DNA of 64,000 nt from an uncultured Chloroflexia bacterium (GCA_963707215.1 CAVPPB010000003.1:192001-256000); one strand, 5' to 3'. Positions 19,925 to 31,318 are shown, counted from the first letter of the stretch. The notes: generated by a model from the sequence alone, not told the origin. Program-made: numbers and translations.

Positions 19925-22246
19925 TCAGCTCAGGTCGCGCTGGACCGAGAGGACGTCGCGCACCTGCTCGATGCGGCCCATGACCCGGGCCAGCTGGGCG
20001 ACGGAGGAGACCTGCAGGGTCGCCGTGACCACGGCGGTGTGGTCGGCCCCGACGTTGACCGCCGCGGCGATGATGTTGACCTTGTTCTCGGCCACCACCT
20101 GGGTGATCTCGTGGAGGAGGCCGGGTCGGTCGTAGGCCTCGACCCGCAGCGCGATCGGGTAGGTCTGCGTGGGCTGGGCCTCCCACTCGACCTCGATGAG
20201 CCGTCCCACCTCGCGTTCGTTGATCGCCGTGGGGCAGGTCCGCAGGTGGACCGTGACCCCCTTGCCCCGGGTGATGAAGCCGACGATCGGGTCGCCGGGG
20301 ATCGGATGGCAGCACTTGGCGAAGCGGGTCAGCAGGTCACCGACGCCCTTCACCCGGACGCCGCCGGCCGGCGTCGGCGGCGGTGGTGGCGTCGTCGGCG
20401 GCAGGGCCAGCGACGAGTCGTCGAGCACGCCGAGCCGGGTGACCACCTGCTGGGCCGAGATCGCCCCGTAGCCGACGGCCGCATAGAAGTCGTCGACGTG
20501 CTCGAAGTTGTAGCCATGGGCGACGTCGGCGATCCGGTCCAGGCCGACCTCGGAGACCGAGGTCCGGGCCAGGCGCCGCAGCTCGCGCTCCACCGACTCG
20601 CGACCGTGAGCGACGTTCTCGTCGCGGTCCTTGCGCTTGAACCACTGGCGGACCTTCTCCCGCGCGTGGGAGGTCCGCACGATGTTCAGCCAATCACGTG
20701 AAGGTCCGTGCTCGCCCTTGGTCGTCACGATCTCGACGATGTCGCCGTTCTTCAGCCGGTAGTCGAGCGGCACGAGCCGGTTGTTCACCTTGGCCCCGAT
20801 CGTCCGGTGGCCGACGTCGGTGTGGATCCGATAGGCGAAGTCGAGGGGCGTCGCCCCGGCCGGCAGGTCCTTGATGTCCCCGCGCGGGGTGAAGACGAAG
20901 ACCTGGTCCTGGAAGAGGTCGAGCTTCAGGCCCTCCAGGAACTCGCTGGCGTCGGAGACCTCGCGCTGCCAGTCCATGAGCTGGCGGAGCCAGGCCAGCT
21001 TGGCGTCGTAGGCCCGATCCGCCCGGGTGCCGTCCTTGTAGCGCCAGTGGGCGGCGATGCCGACCTCCGCCACCTGGTGCATCTGGTGGGTCCGGATCTG
21101 GATCTCGAGCGGCTTCCCGTCGAGGGCGATGACGGCAGTGTGGAGGCTCTGGTAGAGGTTGTTCTTGGGGACGGCGATGTAGTCGTCGAACTGACCGGGG
21201 ATCGGTCGCCACAGCGAGTGGACCACGCCGAGAGCCGCGTAGCAGTCGCGGACGTCGTCGACGAGGAGCCGGATCGCGTAGACGTCGTAGATCTCGCCGA
21301 ACTCGGCGCCCTTGCGGAGCATCTTCTTCCAGATGCTGAAGAGGTGCTTCGGGCGGCCCTGCAGGTCGGCCTCGATGCCCGCCGCCTCGAGCACCGGCTC
21401 GAGGGCGGCGATCGCGCGGTCGATGAAGCTCTCGCGGCCCTTGCGGCGGGTCGCCAGGAGACGGGCCAGCTCGCGGTAGCGCTCCGGCTCCAGGACCTTG
21501 AAGGCGAGGTCCTCGAGCTCCCACTTGATCTGCCAGATCCCCAGGCGCTCGGCCAGCGGAGCGTAGATCTCCATCGTCTGCCGGGCGATGCGCTGCTGTT
21601 TCTCGAGGGGAAGGGCGGCCAGCGTGCGCATGTTGTGGAGGCGGTCGGCAAGCTTGATGAGGACGACGCGGATGTCCTCCGCCATCGCCAGGAACATCTT
21701 GCGGATGTTCTCGGCCTGCTGCTGCTCTCGGGTCGTCGTGTTGAATTTGGACAGCTTCGTCACGCCGTCGACGAGGTGGGCGACCTCCGGGCCGAAGCGC
21801 TCCTCGACGTCGGCCAGGCTGTAGTCGGTGTCCTCGGGAACGTCGTGGAGCAGCGCGGCCTGGACGGCGATCGGGTCGATGCCGAGCTCGGCGACGATCC
21901 TCGCAGAGGCGATGGGGTGGGTCACGTACGGCTCGCCCGACGCCCGGCGCTGGCCCTCGTGCGCCTCGACCGCGAGGTCGAAGGCCCGCCCCACCGCGTC
22001 CAGGTCGGCCCCCGGGTACATGTCGGCGGTGACCCCCAGGAGCTCCGTCCGAAGGCCGGCGACGTCGAGGGGCTGCACCTTTGCTCCCGGAGGTGCAGGA
22101 ACCGGACCCCGGGGAGGCAGGGTGGCCGTAGCACCCTCGCTCTTGGCGTCCGCGCGGCGGCGGCGGCGCGCCTGCCCGTCGCCGGCAGCCCGAGCGGTGC
22201 GCTCCGGGCGCGGCCCAGTGTCGGAGGGGGTGCGCGGCGTCGTCAT
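19925..22246 (-). CDS. rel: Bifunctional (p)ppGpp synthetase/hydrolase (long RSH)
   Basis: HD domain (SGEPYVTHP, LLHDVPED, KLADRLHNMRTL), synthetase (RPKH, YQSLHT, EIQIRT), TGS (FTPRG, DFAYRIHT), AKCCHP and ACT (DRPGLL). Confidence 0.96.
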   Translation of the reverse strand: MTTPRTPSDTGPRPERTARAAGDGQARRRRRADAKSEGATATLPPRGPVPAPPGAKVQPLDVAGLRTELLGVTADMYPGADLDAVGRAFDLAVEAHEGQRRASGEPYVTHPIASARIVAELGIDPIAVQAALLHDVPEDTDYSLADVEERFGPEVAHLVDGVTKLSKFNTTTREQQQAENIRKMFLAMAEDIRVVLIKLADRLHNMRTLAALPLEKQQRIARQTMEIYAPLAERLGIWQIKWELEDLAFKVLEPERYRELARLLATRRKGRESFIDRAIAALEPVLEAAGIEADLQGRPKHLFSIWKKMLRKGAEFGEIYDVYAIRLLVDDVRDCYAALGVVHSLWRPIPGQFDDYIAVPKNNLYQSLHTAVIALDGKPLEIQIRTHQMHQVAEVGIAAHWRYKDGTRADRAYDAKLAWLRQLMDWQREVSDASEFLEGLKLDLFQDQVFVFTPRGDIKDLPAGATPLDFAYRIHTDVGHRTIGAKVNNRLVPLDYRLKNGDIVEIVTTKGEHGPSRDWLNIVRTSHAREKVRQWFKRKDRDENVAHGRESVERELRRLARTSVSEVGLDRIADVAHGYNFEHVDDFYAAVGYGAISAQQVVTRLGVLDDSSLALPPTTPPPPPTPAGGVRVKGVGDLLTRFAKCCHPIPGDPIVGFITRGKGVTVHLRTCPTAINEREVGRLIEVEWEAQPTQTYPIALRVEAYDRPGLLHEITQVVAENKVNIIAAAVNVGADHTAVVTATLQVSSVAQLARVMGRIEQVRDVLSVQRDLS

Positions 22247-22284
22247 CAGGCGTCGAGTCTACCAGCGGCCCGGGCCCGTCCCGG

Positions 22285-23946
22285 TCACACCGGATCCGCG
22301 GTCCAGCCGAGCTCCGCCAGCAGGTCCCGGGCGACCGCGGCCTCGTCCCACGGCCTTCCGCCCGTGGGCCCCAGGATCTCGCGCTCGTGCCCCTTGCCGG
22401 CCAGGACGACGACATCGGTCGGCCGGGCAGCCTGGAAGGCGGCCATGATGGCGTCCCGTCGATCGGCGATGCAGAGCAGGTCCCGGCCGCGGACGCGGCC
22501 GACCCCCTCGGCACCGGCGGCGATCTCGTCGAGGATGGCCTCGCGGTCCTCGCCGCGGGGATCCTCGTCGGTGACCACGACGAGACGGCAGCGCTCACCG
22601 GCGATCCGACCCATCATCGGCCGCTTGGCCCGGTCGCGCTCCCCGGCTGATCCGAAGACGACGACCAGGCCCCCACCCCGGGCCTCCGCCTGCGGCCCGA
22701 GCAGGTCGAGCACCATGGCCAGCGAGGCCGGGCTATGGGCGAAGTCCACGATCACGTCGAAGGGCTGTCCGCGATCGACCCGCTCCATCCGTCCGGGTAT
22801 CGCCCGGACGCCCTCCAGGCCGGCCCGGACCGCGGCCGGGTCGAGGTCGAGGGCGTCCCCCAGCGCCACGATGGCGAGGGCGTTGTGCACGTTGAACCGC
22901 CCGGCCAGCCGGAGGTCCAGCCGACCATTGGCGCGGGCCGTTCGATAGGCGAGTGAGAGTCGCCCTCCCGCCTCTTCCACGTCGAGCACCCGCACGTCCG
23001 CCTCCGGGTCCAGACCGTAGGTGACCGACAGGGCGCCGCTTGCCCGGGTCGCTGCCGCGAACAGGGCCCAGCTCGAATCGTCCCGGTTGACGATCCCGAC
23101 CCTCGGCCAGGTCGGCGGCTCGGTCCGCCTGGCCGGCCGGACGGCGGGACCCAACCCCTCGAACAGGCGGAGCTTCGCGTCCCGGTAGGCCTCGAAGCTG
23201 CCATGGAGCTCCAGGTGCTCGTGGGTCAGGTTCGTGAGGATCGCGGCGTCGTACGCCACCCCCCGGACGCGGTCGAGCGCAAGGCCGTGGGACGTGGTCT
23301 CGAGGACCGCCGCCGCATCCCCAGCATCGGCCATCGCCCGGAGGAGCGCCTGGAGCCGCGGCGCCGGCGGGGTCGTCACGTGCTCGGGCGTCGGCTCCTC
23401 TCGCCCCCCGACCCGGAGATGGACGGTTCCCACCAGCCCGGTCCGGATGCCGGCCGCCTCGAGGGCGGCGACCGCCAGGAATGAAGTCGTCGTCTTGCCA
23501 TCCGTGCCGGTGACACCGACGAGCCCGAGGCGCTCGGATGGATCCTCGTACCACCACGTCGCCGCGTCGGCGAGAGCGGCCCGGGACGAGGCGACGACGA
23601 GCTGCGGGAGCGCGACATCCGGGAGCGGCCGCTCGACGAGGGCCACAGCGGCGCCGGCGTCGGCCGCCGCCTTGACGAAGCGGTGGCCATCGACCCCGAA
23701 CCCTGGGACGGCCACGAACACGCCTGCTGGCCCGACCGCCCGCGAGTCCTCGCTGGGAGCACCGATCGCCAGCCCGCTGACGGCCTGGGCCGCGCCCCGC
23801 CGCCCATCGACCAGGACATCGACCAGCTGCCCCGAGGCCGCCAGGCGGGCAACGAGCCCGAGTGCATCGCGCGATCCGGCCGGCTCGCTCCCCTGCACGA
23901 GGGCCTCGATCGAGCCAGGCGTCGTCCTGGCCTTCGCGTCGGTCAT
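22285..23946 (-). CDS. murE: UDP-MurNAc-tripeptide synthetase MurE
   Basis: Motifs DSR, DGH, GVTGTDGKTTT, TTP, ETTSHGL, TNLTHEHLELH, FNVHN, PGRME, VDFAHSP, TDEDPR and AGKGHE. Confidence 0.92.
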   Translation of the reverse strand: MTDAKARTTPGSIEALVQGSEPAGSRDALGLVARLAASGQLVDVLVDGRRGAAQAVSGLAIGAPSEDSRAVGPAGVFVAVPGFGVDGHRFVKAAADAGAAVALVERPLPDVALPQLVVASSRAALADAATWWYEDPSERLGLVGVTGTDGKTTTSFLAVAALEAAGIRTGLVGTVHLRVGGREEPTPEHVTTPPAPRLQALLRAMADAGDAAAVLETTSHGLALDRVRGVAYDAAILTNLTHEHLELHGSFEAYRDAKLRLFEGLGPAVRPARRTEPPTWPRVGIVNRDDSSWALFAAATRASGALSVTYGLDPEADVRVLDVEEAGGRLSLAYRTARANGRLDLRLAGRFNVHNALAIVALGDALDLDPAAVRAGLEGVRAIPGRMERVDRGQPFDVIVDFAHSPASLAMVLDLLGPQAEARGGGLVVVFGSAGERDRAKRPMMGRIAGERCRLVVVTDEDPRGEDREAILDEIAAGAEGVGRVRGRDLLCIADRRDAIMAAFQAARPTDVVVLAGKGHEREILGPTGGRPWDEAAVARDLLAELGWTADPV

Positions 23947-25118
23947 CGCGGCCCGCCCGCCGTGTCCGGCCCCGCCCTCACGCGGCCAGCGGTCGCAGCC
24001 GTCGCCGGCTGCCGAGGGCGGATCGTCCGCCCGATCCGGCGAGCCACCCGACCCACCGCGTAGCGGCTCGGCCGGAAGACGCGCTCCTGGGCCCCGGCCA
24101 GCTCGACCCACTCGCCGCCGAAGGACCGCTTGTGCTGGTAGAGGCCCCAGGTCGGCTCCCCCTCGACCGGGGCGCGACGGGCGCCGGGCACGTCCACGCC
24201 ACCGAGGTCCAGCTCGGCCCGCCCCTCCCGGATCGCCAGCTGGAGCGACCGCCAGCGGAGCAGGTGGAGCGTCCCCGGATGGGTCCGGCGGGTCTCGACC
24301 CGGTCCGCCGAGTGGACCGTGGAGAGGCGGTCGCCGTGGCGGTACAGGAGCATCGCTCCGAGCGGCTCGCCATCGAAGCGAGCCTCGAGGAGGATGACGT
24401 GGCCGGGGGTGAACGCCCGCTCCCACCAGGCCAGCAGATCGCCGCGGGCGAAGCGGAAGCCGCGCCGCTCGCCGACCGCCCAGAGCATCGCGTCGAACCG
24501 GTCGAAGGCAGCCCGGACCGGCTCCTGCGGCGCTGCGAAGCCCTCGCCGGGGTCGGCGCCCGCCCTGGCATCGTGACGGATCACCACGAGTCCGCTCCGG
24601 TCAGCCGCCCGGATCCGCTGGCGCGTCGACTTGGCGATCGCTCCGAAGGCCGCCTCCTCATCGTCACTGCCCGCGATCGGCAGACGCATCCGGTGGCGCG
24701 AGGGCTGGAGCTCCTCGATCGGCCGGAACCCGCCGGCCCGTACAGCGGCGGCGTACGCAGCGTCACCGGCCACCACCTCCGGGTCCGCGGCCACGACGTC
24801 GGCCCCCTCGGCGGCCAGCGCCTCGGCCACGGCGACCAGTCGCGGCCCGCGACCGATCGTTCCGACCTCGATCGGCCCCCGCGCGACGTACGCCCCGCCG
24901 CCGCCGACGAGCGGCCAGGGCCGGGTGCAGCCCAGGACGCAACCACCGTCTTCGAAGACGAGGAACGACGGCCGCCAGCCGAGTGCCGAGAGGTGGTCGG
25001 CCCAGGCTCGTGACTGGAGCACGTGGCCGCCGGGCGCGTCGACGGTCCGGCGGTCCCAGTCGACGAGCTCGTCGGCGCTGGCCGCCCGGAGCCGCGCCGG
25101 CACGATCGGCGCGGTCAC
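23943..25118 (-). CDS. FemAB/FemX-like peptidoglycan bridge aminoacyltransferase (paralog 2)
   Basis: HVLQSRAW, YVARGP, KSTRQRIRAADRSG, HLLRW, LDLGG, GLYQHKRSFGG; GTGA coupling. Confidence 0.82.
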   Translation of the reverse strand: MTAPIVPARLRAASADELVDWDRRTVDAPGGHVLQSRAWADHLSALGWRPSFLVFEDGGCVLGCTRPWPLVGGGGAYVARGPIEVGTIGRGPRLVAVAEALAAEGADVVAADPEVVAGDAAYAAAVRAGGFRPIEELQPSRHRMRLPIAGSDDEEAAFGAIAKSTRQRIRAADRSGLVVIRHDARAGADPGEGFAAPQEPVRAAFDRFDAMLWAVGERRGFRFARGDLLAWWERAFTPGHVILLEARFDGEPLGAMLLYRHGDRLSTVHSADRVETRRTHPGTLHLLRWRSLQLAIREGRAELDLGGVDVPGARRAPVEGEPTWGLYQHKRSFGGEWVELAGAQERVFRPSRYAVGRVARRIGRTIRPRQPATAATAGRVRAGPDTAGGPR

Positions 25119-26203
25119 CCTTCGTCGCCGCCGAGCTGGCCCGCCGCACCGGACCGCTCCAAGGACCGGCGCGCCTGCCAGACCCGGACCCGCTGGGCGC
25201 TGCCATAGATCCGCCGCCCGAGGCCGCTGAGGACCAGGTCCCAGGCCCCGACGTAGACGACCTCGCGTCCACCGAAGCCGGTCTTGAAGTGGGCGATCCC
25301 GGGATGGGCCAGGCCCCAGAGGTCGTAGGTCTCGGCGCCCTCCTCGCGGCTCCGCCGGATCGCCTCCCACTTGAGCAGGTAGTTGCCGCGGCTCTCCGCC
25401 CCGAGTGCCGTCATCCCGCCGTACGGCTCCACGACCCGGGTCCCGACCCGGACGAGGAACAGGGTCGCCACCGCCTGGCCGTCGGAGGTCTCGGCGAACA
25501 GCAGCGATGCCCGGCCCCGCGGCCGGTAGGCATCCCACACGGCCCGGTACGAGGCCTCGGTGCGGATGTGGAAGCCGGCCCGGGACGCCGTCTCGCGATA
25601 GATGGCGTAGAACTCGGGCAGCCGGTCGGCCTCGGCCTCCACGACCCGGACACCCGTTGACCTCGCCCGATTGACGTACTGGCGCCACTTCTTGCGAAGG
25701 TCCGACCAGAGAGCGGCTTCGTCGGCCCGGAGGTCGATCAGGCGGGTCCGGTCCGGCTGGATCGGCGGCGCGGGACGCCAGCCCGAGGCCACCAGTGCGG
25801 CCCGGAACGCACCGGTCGGATCCTCGGGTCCGTCGAGCTCGATCTCGGGATCGATCCGGAGATGGGAGATGCGGCCCAGCTCGGTGGGCAGACGTGCCCG
25901 CAGCCGGGACGTCAGAGGCTCGATCGCCGCCGCCGGGTCGGCCGCCCAGACGGGACCCCGCGGCGCGTAGGCGAAGGCCCACGGTAGCGGCCTGGGCTGG
26001 CGGGCCAGCACCTGCAGCCCGATCGGCCCACCCGTCCCGTCGACGACCACCCTGGCCGAGCGCCAGCCGTTGGCGGCCTTGACCTCGGCCCACGCCGGCA
26101 GCTGCAGGTAGGAGCCGCGGGACGCCCCCTCGACGAGGGCGTCCCAGGCCAGGGTGTCCCTCTCCAGAGCCTCAGCCGACGGCTGATCGGCGGGACCGAC
26201 CAT
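25115..26203 (-). CDS. FemAB/FemX-like peptidoglycan bridge aminoacyltransferase (paralog 1)
   Basis: YLQLPAWAEVK..GW, YAPRGP, IQPDRTRLIDL, KKWRQYVNRA, YGGM, NYLLKWEAI, YDLWG, FKTGFGG. Confidence 0.88.
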   Translation of the reverse strand: MVGPADQPSAEALERDTLAWDALVEGASRGSYLQLPAWAEVKAANGWRSARVVVDGTGGPIGLQVLARQPRPLPWAFAYAPRGPVWAADPAAAIEPLTSRLRARLPTELGRISHLRIDPEIELDGPEDPTGAFRAALVASGWRPAPPIQPDRTRLIDLRADEAALWSDLRKKWRQYVNRARSTGVRVVEAEADRLPEFYAIYRETASRAGFHIRTEASYRAVWDAYRPRGRASLLFAETSDGQAVATLFLVRVGTRVVEPYGGMTALGAESRGNYLLKWEAIRRSREEGAETYDLWGLAHPGIAHFKTGFGGREVVYVGAWDLVLSGLGRRIYGSAQRVRVWQARRSLERSGAAGQLGGDEG

Positions 26204-27771
26204 CAGCTGGCGCGCTCGCCGCGGACCGATCGCACGGCGATCCGGACGATCTGGTCGAGCTCGACGACGTGGAGGAGCCGCGACGCACCGACGTACACGC
26301 CCACGGCCACGGCCGTGGCGGCGGCGAGCTCGAGGAGGGTACCGACCTTGCCGGGCTCGGGACCAAGGATCCCCGCGACGGCCGTCAGGATCATGGCGGC
26401 GGGCGCGGCTGCGAGGATCGACAGGAGCGCGAACCCGAGCCAGGCACGGACCTGGTCCCCGCCGCGGAACGAAGGGTGCCGAAGGCCCAGGCGCCACAGC
26501 AGGATGGCCACCTCGACCCAGGCCCCGACCGCGATGCCAAGAGCCAGGCCCGCGAGGCCCAGCGGGCCGACGGTAAGGATCGAGACGGCCACGTTGACGG
26601 CGACCGAGATGATGGCCGCAGCCACCGGCGTCCGGGTGTCCTGGCCGGCGTAGAAGGCTCGGGCGAGGATCGCGATGGCGCCGTGGGCGGTGAGCCCGAG
26701 CAGGAACACCAGGAGCGTGATCGAGGTGAGGTCGATGGCGGCCTGGTCGAACCGCCCGTAGTCGAACAGCAGGGTCACGATCTGGACACGGGTCACGATG
26801 GCGATGGCCGTCACGAACATCATGGCATAGGCCAAGGGGCGGAGCGCGCCGGCCACCATCCGAGCGAGCTCCTCGGTCGCCCCTCCGGCGGCGGATCGTG
26901 ACAGCGTCGGCAGGAGGACGATGCCCAGGGGCACGGCGAGGAAGCCGATCGGCAGCTGGAGGATCGTGAACGCCACGGCATAGGCGGTGATCGAGCCGGC
27001 AGCGAGCGTCGAGGCCAGGGTCGTGTTGACGATGAAGGTGATCTGGGCGGCTCCCATGCCCAGGGCCCTGGGACCAAGGAGAGCGAAGACCTTGCGGGCT
27101 TCGGGGTCGTGGACTCCGATGACCGCGTGATAGAAGAACGCCGTCCTCCGTCGGACCGACGGTAGCTGGACGAGCAGGTGGCCGAGCGAGCCGAACACGA
27201 CCCCGATCGCCAGGGCGGTGACCCCCATGGACGGCCCCAGGACGAGGGCAGCCACGATGATGCCGAGGTTGTAGGCGATCGGAGCGATCGCCGCCGCGGC
27301 GAAGCGGCCGGAGGCGTTGAGGAGGGCCGTCACCACCGCCCCCAGGGCCAGGAAGATCGGCCCCAGGATCATCAACCGGGTCAGGTCCACGGCCAACTCC
27401 GTCGCAGCCGCGTCGAAGCCGGGCGTGATAAGGGGAACGATCGCTGGAGCCGCCAGCCAGAAGAGGATCGACAGTCCGATCGAAGCGACCAGGGTGAGGT
27501 TGAACACCGTCGAGACCACACGCCAGGCCCGCGACTCGAGGTCGCTGGCCAGCAGGCCCGACACAACCGGCACCAGCGCCGACGCGATGGCGCCCGCAGC
27601 GACCAGCTGGAAGATGAGGTCTGGGATCCGGAACGCGGCGAAGAACGCGTCGACGTCGGTCGTCGCCCCGAAGACGCCGGTGATCGTCGTCATCCGGAGC
27701 CAGCCGAGGACCCGGGACACGAGGAACGCCCCGGAGACGATGGCTCCTGCCCGGGCGAGTGCGACCGTCAT
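26203..27771 (-). CDS. murJ: Lipid II flippase MurJ (MviN)
   Basis: [43 protein letters not shown]; about 13-14 TM helices. Confidence 0.94.
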   Translation of the reverse strand: MTVALARAGAIVSGAFLVSRVLGWLRMTTITGVFGATTDVDAFFAAFRIPDLIFQLVAAGAIASALVPVVSGLLASDLESRAWRVVSTVFNLTLVASIGLSILFWLAAPAIVPLITPGFDAAATELAVDLTRLMILGPIFLALGAVVTALLNASGRFAAAAIAPIAYNLGIIVAALVLGPSMGVTALAIGVVFGSLGHLLVQLPSVRRRTAFFYHAVIGVHDPEARKVFALLGPRALGMGAAQITFIVNTTLASTLAAGSITAYAVAFTILQLPIGFLAVPLGIVLLPTLSRSAAGGATEELARMVAGALRPLAYAMMFVTAIAIVTRVQIVTLLFDYGRFDQAAIDLTSITLLVFLLGLTAHGAIAILARAFYAGQDTRTPVAAAIISVAVNVAVSILTVGPLGLAGLALGIAVGAWVEVAILLWRLGLRHPSFRGGDQVRAWLGFALLSILAAAPAAMILTAVAGILGPEPGKVGTLLELAAATAVAVGVYVGASRLLHVVELDQIVRIAVRSVRGERAS

Positions 27772-28814
27772 GTCGTTCCCGACGACCCGGACGACCGGCG
27801 CGTGGCGCCGGCAGGCTGCCCTCCCACCCTGTCACGGTCCTGGTCACCGCCGGTCGCACCGGTCGTCGCCCGCGGATGCGCCGCGCGGTAGGCCGAACGA
27901 AGCCGGGCCGGCGAGACATGGGTGTAGACCTGGGTAGTGCCAAGACTGGCGTGTCCGAGCAGCTCCTGGACGACCCGCAGGTCGGCTCCCCCGTCGAGGA
28001 GATGGGTCGCGAACGAGTGGCGAAGGGTGTGCGGCGACACGCCGGGCGGCAGGCCTGCTCGCCGGCGTAGTCGATCGAGTCGCCCCCGGAGGCCGCGCAC
28101 GCCCAGCGGCCCGCCGCGGTGGTTCAGGAAGACGGCCGAAGGCTCCGGTCCCGGCGACGTGCGGCGGGCCAGCAGCAGCTGGCGGCCGCCGCCCAGGTAC
28201 TCGGCGAGCGCCTCTCGGGCAGGTCGGCCCAGGAGCCCGATCCGCTCCTTGCGGCCCTTGCCGAGCACCCGGATCTCACCCCGTCGCAGGTCGAGGCTTC
28301 GGGTGTCGGCGGCGGCCAGCTCGCTGATCCGCAACCCGGCAGCGTAAGCGGTCTCGACGATCGCGCGGTCGCGTTCGGCGAGTGCGAGCGCCAGCGTCGC
28401 CCGCGGGCCCTCACCGATCGCGGCCAGGTCCTCGTCGACGACCGCCAGCAGGGCCTCGATCTGGCCGAGCTCCAGGACCCGGGGCAGGCGACGTGGCTGG
28501 CGGGGCGTGGCGATGAGGCCCCACGGATCGCCCGGAGCGAGATCGTTCCGGGCCGCCCAGCGGTGGAACGAGCGGATGGCGGCCAGCCGTTGGGCCACCG
28601 AGGTCCGGGCGTGGTCGGCGGCGAGGCGGGCGAGGTACGCCCGGAGAACGGTCCGCGACGGCGAGCGCCAGTCCTGGCCCGACTCGTCGAGCCAGGCCAG
28701 GTAGGCGCCGACGGCGGTCCGGTACGAGCGCTGGGTGTGGATCGACGCGTCGCGGGCGGCGAGGCTGGCGAGGAAACGATCGAGGACGGCTGGCGTGGGA
28801 GGGTCGGAGCTCAC
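27768..28814 (-). CDS. xerC: Tyrosine recombinase XerC-like
   Basis: Catalytic R-K-H-R-H-Y set present: [36 protein letters not shown]; follows topA. Confidence 0.88.
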   Translation of the reverse strand: MSSDPPTPAVLDRFLASLAARDASIHTQRSYRTAVGAYLAWLDESGQDWRSPSRTVLRAYLARLAADHARTSVAQRLAAIRSFHRWAARNDLAPGDPWGLIATPRQPRRLPRVLELGQIEALLAVVDEDLAAIGEGPRATLALALAERDRAIVETAYAAGLRISELAAADTRSLDLRRGEIRVLGKGRKERIGLLGRPAREALAEYLGGGRQLLLARRTSPGPEPSAVFLNHRGGPLGVRGLRGRLDRLRRRAGLPPGVSPHTLRHSFATHLLDGGADLRVVQELLGHASLGTTQVYTHVSPARLRSAYRAAHPRATTGATGGDQDRDRVGGQPAGATRRSSGSSGTT

Positions 28815-31318
28815 GCGTCGCCGGCCGGCGTCAGACCGTTGCCGCCAGGGTCGCGTCGCGTCCCACGACCGCTCCGACCGCCGCTGCCCTTGCCGGCCGA
28901 GCCACGGCCGCCGGAGGCCCGGCTGCCGGTCCGTCGCTGACCGCCGCCGCCGCGACGCGGACGCGCGAGCGCCTCCGGGTCCGGCGGGCCGCCGGCGAGG
29001 CGAAGACCGATCAAGGACGCCTCGCCCGTCGGCAGCTCGACCAGGGCGCCGCAGGCCAGGCAGCGGGCCTCGAGCTCGCCCGATCGGGCGACCGGTCCAT
29101 CATCGGCGTCGTGGACCGCCCCGAGCGGCTCCATCGACGTCGTGAAGTCGCACTTCGGATAACGCGCGCAGCCCCAGAAGACGTTCCCGGACCGGCGGGC
29201 CCGGCGGGCGACGAGGTGCCCGGTCTTGCAGGTCGGACAGACGACCTCGAAGGGCAACTGATCCGGCGGAGGCGGGCCCTCCTTCTTGATATAGGTGCAG
29301 GCCGGGTAGCGGTCGCAGCCGACGAAGGGCCCGAAGCGACCGCGCTTGGCGACGAGGTGACCTCCGTCCGCTTCGCCACAGGTGGGACAGCTCTCGCCGA
29401 CGCCCGGCAGCGAGGGGGTGGACCCATCGCCCGCCGTGCCCTCGCCACCCGCCTCCTCCGATCCGGGCAGGGGGCGCGTCTCCTGGTGCTCCGGGTACAG
29501 CGAGCAGGCCAGGAACTCCCCGTACCGGCCCAGGCGGACGACCATGGGATGGCCTTCCGAGCAGACCTCTTCGGAGGGCCGGGTCGTGAACTCGGCTCGC
29601 GTCAGCTCCTTCGACTTGGTGTCGACCAGCGACCGGAGCGGTTCGTAGAAGCCACGGACCAGCGGGACCCATGGCCGGCGACCGGTGGCGACCTCGTCGA
29701 GGTCCTGCTCCATCCGGGCCGTGAAATCGAGGTCGACGAAGTCACCGAAGTGGCCGACCAACAGGTCGGTCACGACCTCGCCGACCGGCTCCGGCCGGAG
29801 GCGGCGGTCCTGGACCTTCACGTAGCCACGGTCGACGATCGTCGAGATGGTCGCGGCGTAGGTCGACGGCCTGCCGATGCCCTTCTCCTCGAGGGCCTTG
29901 ATCAGGGTCGCCTCGGTGAACCGGGGTGGCGGCTCGGTGAAGTGCTGCTCGGGCAGGACCTCCAGGACGTCGACCAGGTCGCCCTCGCGCAGCTCCGGCA
30001 GTCGGCCCTCGGGCTCTTCGTCATCGGCGTCGTCCCGGCCCTCCGTGTAGACGCGGGAGAAGCCGTCGAAGACCGTCTTCGTCGCGGTGGCCCGCAGCTC
30101 GTAGTCTCCGGCCGCGAGGGTCGCCGACGCCGTCTCGAGCTGCTTCGCCGCCATCTGGCTGGCCACGGCCCGCTGCCAGATGAGGCGGTAGAGCCGGCCT
30201 TCGTCGCGGCCGAGGTGGTCCTCGAGGGCGAGGTGGTCGCGTTCGAACGACGTGGGCCGGACCGCCTCGTGGGCCTCCTGCACGTTGCGTGCCCGGGTCC
30301 GGTAGACGCGGCCGCCGTCCGGCGCGTACTCGGGCCCGAAGCGCGCCCGGATGACCGCCCCTGCCTCGGCCATCGCCTGGCGCGACATAGCCACCGAGTC
30401 CGTCCGCATGTAGGTGATGAGCCCGACCTGTCCCTCGCCGGGCAGGTCGATGCCCTCGTAGAGACGCTGGGCGACGCTCATCGTCCGCTTCGGGCTGAAG
30501 CCGAGCTTGCGGCTGGCCTCCTGCTGGAGAGTGGACGTGGTGAACGGCGGAGCCGGGTTCCGCGACGTCCGCTTCGAGCCGACCGAGGTGACCTCGGGCC
30601 GGCTGGACCGGATCGCCTCGGTGTGGCGCTCGGCCGTCGCCTGGTCACCGATGTCCGGCTTGTGGCCGCCGATCCGGACGACCTCGGCCGTGAAGGGGCT
30701 CCCGTCGGGGGCGACGAGGGTCGCCCCGAGGGTCCAGTACTCGCGGGCGACGAAGGCGCGGATCTCGCGCTCCCGGTCCACGACAAGCCGGGCGGCGACC
30801 GACTGGACCCGGCCGGCCGACAGGCCCGAGCGGACCTTTCGCCAGAGGAGCGGGCTGAGGATGTAGCCGACGAGCCGATCCACGACCCGGCGCGCCTGCT
30901 GCGCATCGACGAGGTCGAGGTTGATGGAGCGAGGGTGGTCGAAAGCCTCGCGGATGGCACCCTCGGTGATCTCATTGAAGGTGACCCGCCGGGCCTTCTC
31001 GGGAGGCAGGTCGATGGCCTGGGCCACGTGCCAGGCGATCGCCTCGCCCTCGCGGTCGAGGTCAGTGGCCAGCCAGACAGCGTCGGCCCGCTTGGCCGCC
31101 CTCTCGATCGCCCCGAGCTGGCGGCGGCGATCCTCGACGATCACGTACTGGGGGGCGAAGTCGTGATCGACGTCGACTCCGTACTCGCCCTTGCCGGGGT
31201 TCTCCGGCAGATCGCGGACGTGACCGTACGACGCGAGCACGGTGTAGCCCGGCCCGAGGTAGCGCTCGATGGTCTTGGCCTTCGCCGGCGATTCGACGAT
31301 GACGAGATTGGTCCCCAT
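28811..31318 (-). CDS. topA: DNA topoisomerase I with C-terminal Zn-ribbon repeats
   Basis: [55 protein letters not shown]; repeated CxxC...F.GC..YP.C motifs. Confidence 0.97.
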   Translation of the reverse strand: MGTNLVIVESPAKAKTIERYLGPGYTVLASYGHVRDLPENPGKGEYGVDVDHDFAPQYVIVEDRRRQLGAIERAAKRADAVWLATDLDREGEAIAWHVAQAIDLPPEKARRVTFNEITEGAIREAFDHPRSINLDLVDAQQARRVVDRLVGYILSPLLWRKVRSGLSAGRVQSVAARLVVDREREIRAFVAREYWTLGATLVAPDGSPFTAEVVRIGGHKPDIGDQATAERHTEAIRSSRPEVTSVGSKRTSRNPAPPFTTSTLQQEASRKLGFSPKRTMSVAQRLYEGIDLPGEGQVGLITYMRTDSVAMSRQAMAEAGAVIRARFGPEYAPDGGRVYRTRARNVQEAHEAVRPTSFERDHLALEDHLGRDEGRLYRLIWQRAVASQMAAKQLETASATLAAGDYELRATATKTVFDGFSRVYTEGRDDADDEEPEGRLPELREGDLVDVLEVLPEQHFTEPPPRFTEATLIKALEEKGIGRPSTYAATISTIVDRGYVKVQDRRLRPEPVGEVVTDLLVGHFGDFVDLDFTARMEQDLDEVATGRRPWVPLVRGFYEPLRSLVDTKSKELTRAEFTTRPSEEVCSEGHPMVVRLGRYGEFLACSLYPEHQETRPLPGSEEAGGEGTAGDGSTPSLPGVGESCPTCGEADGGHLVAKRGRFGPFVGCDRYPACTYIKKEGPPPPDQLPFEVVCPTCKTGHLVARRARRSGNVFWGCARYPKCDFTTSMEPLGAVHDADDGPVARSGELEARCLACGALVELPTGEASLIGLRLAGGPPDPEALARPRRGGGGQRRTGSRASGGRGSAGKGSGGRSGRGTRRDPGGNGLTPAGDA

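Noticed and set aside
27768-28814. Tyrosine recombinase as a mobile-element integrase
   Set aside because: It has XerC-type motifs and size, is coupled to topA, and has no att repeats or cargo genes.
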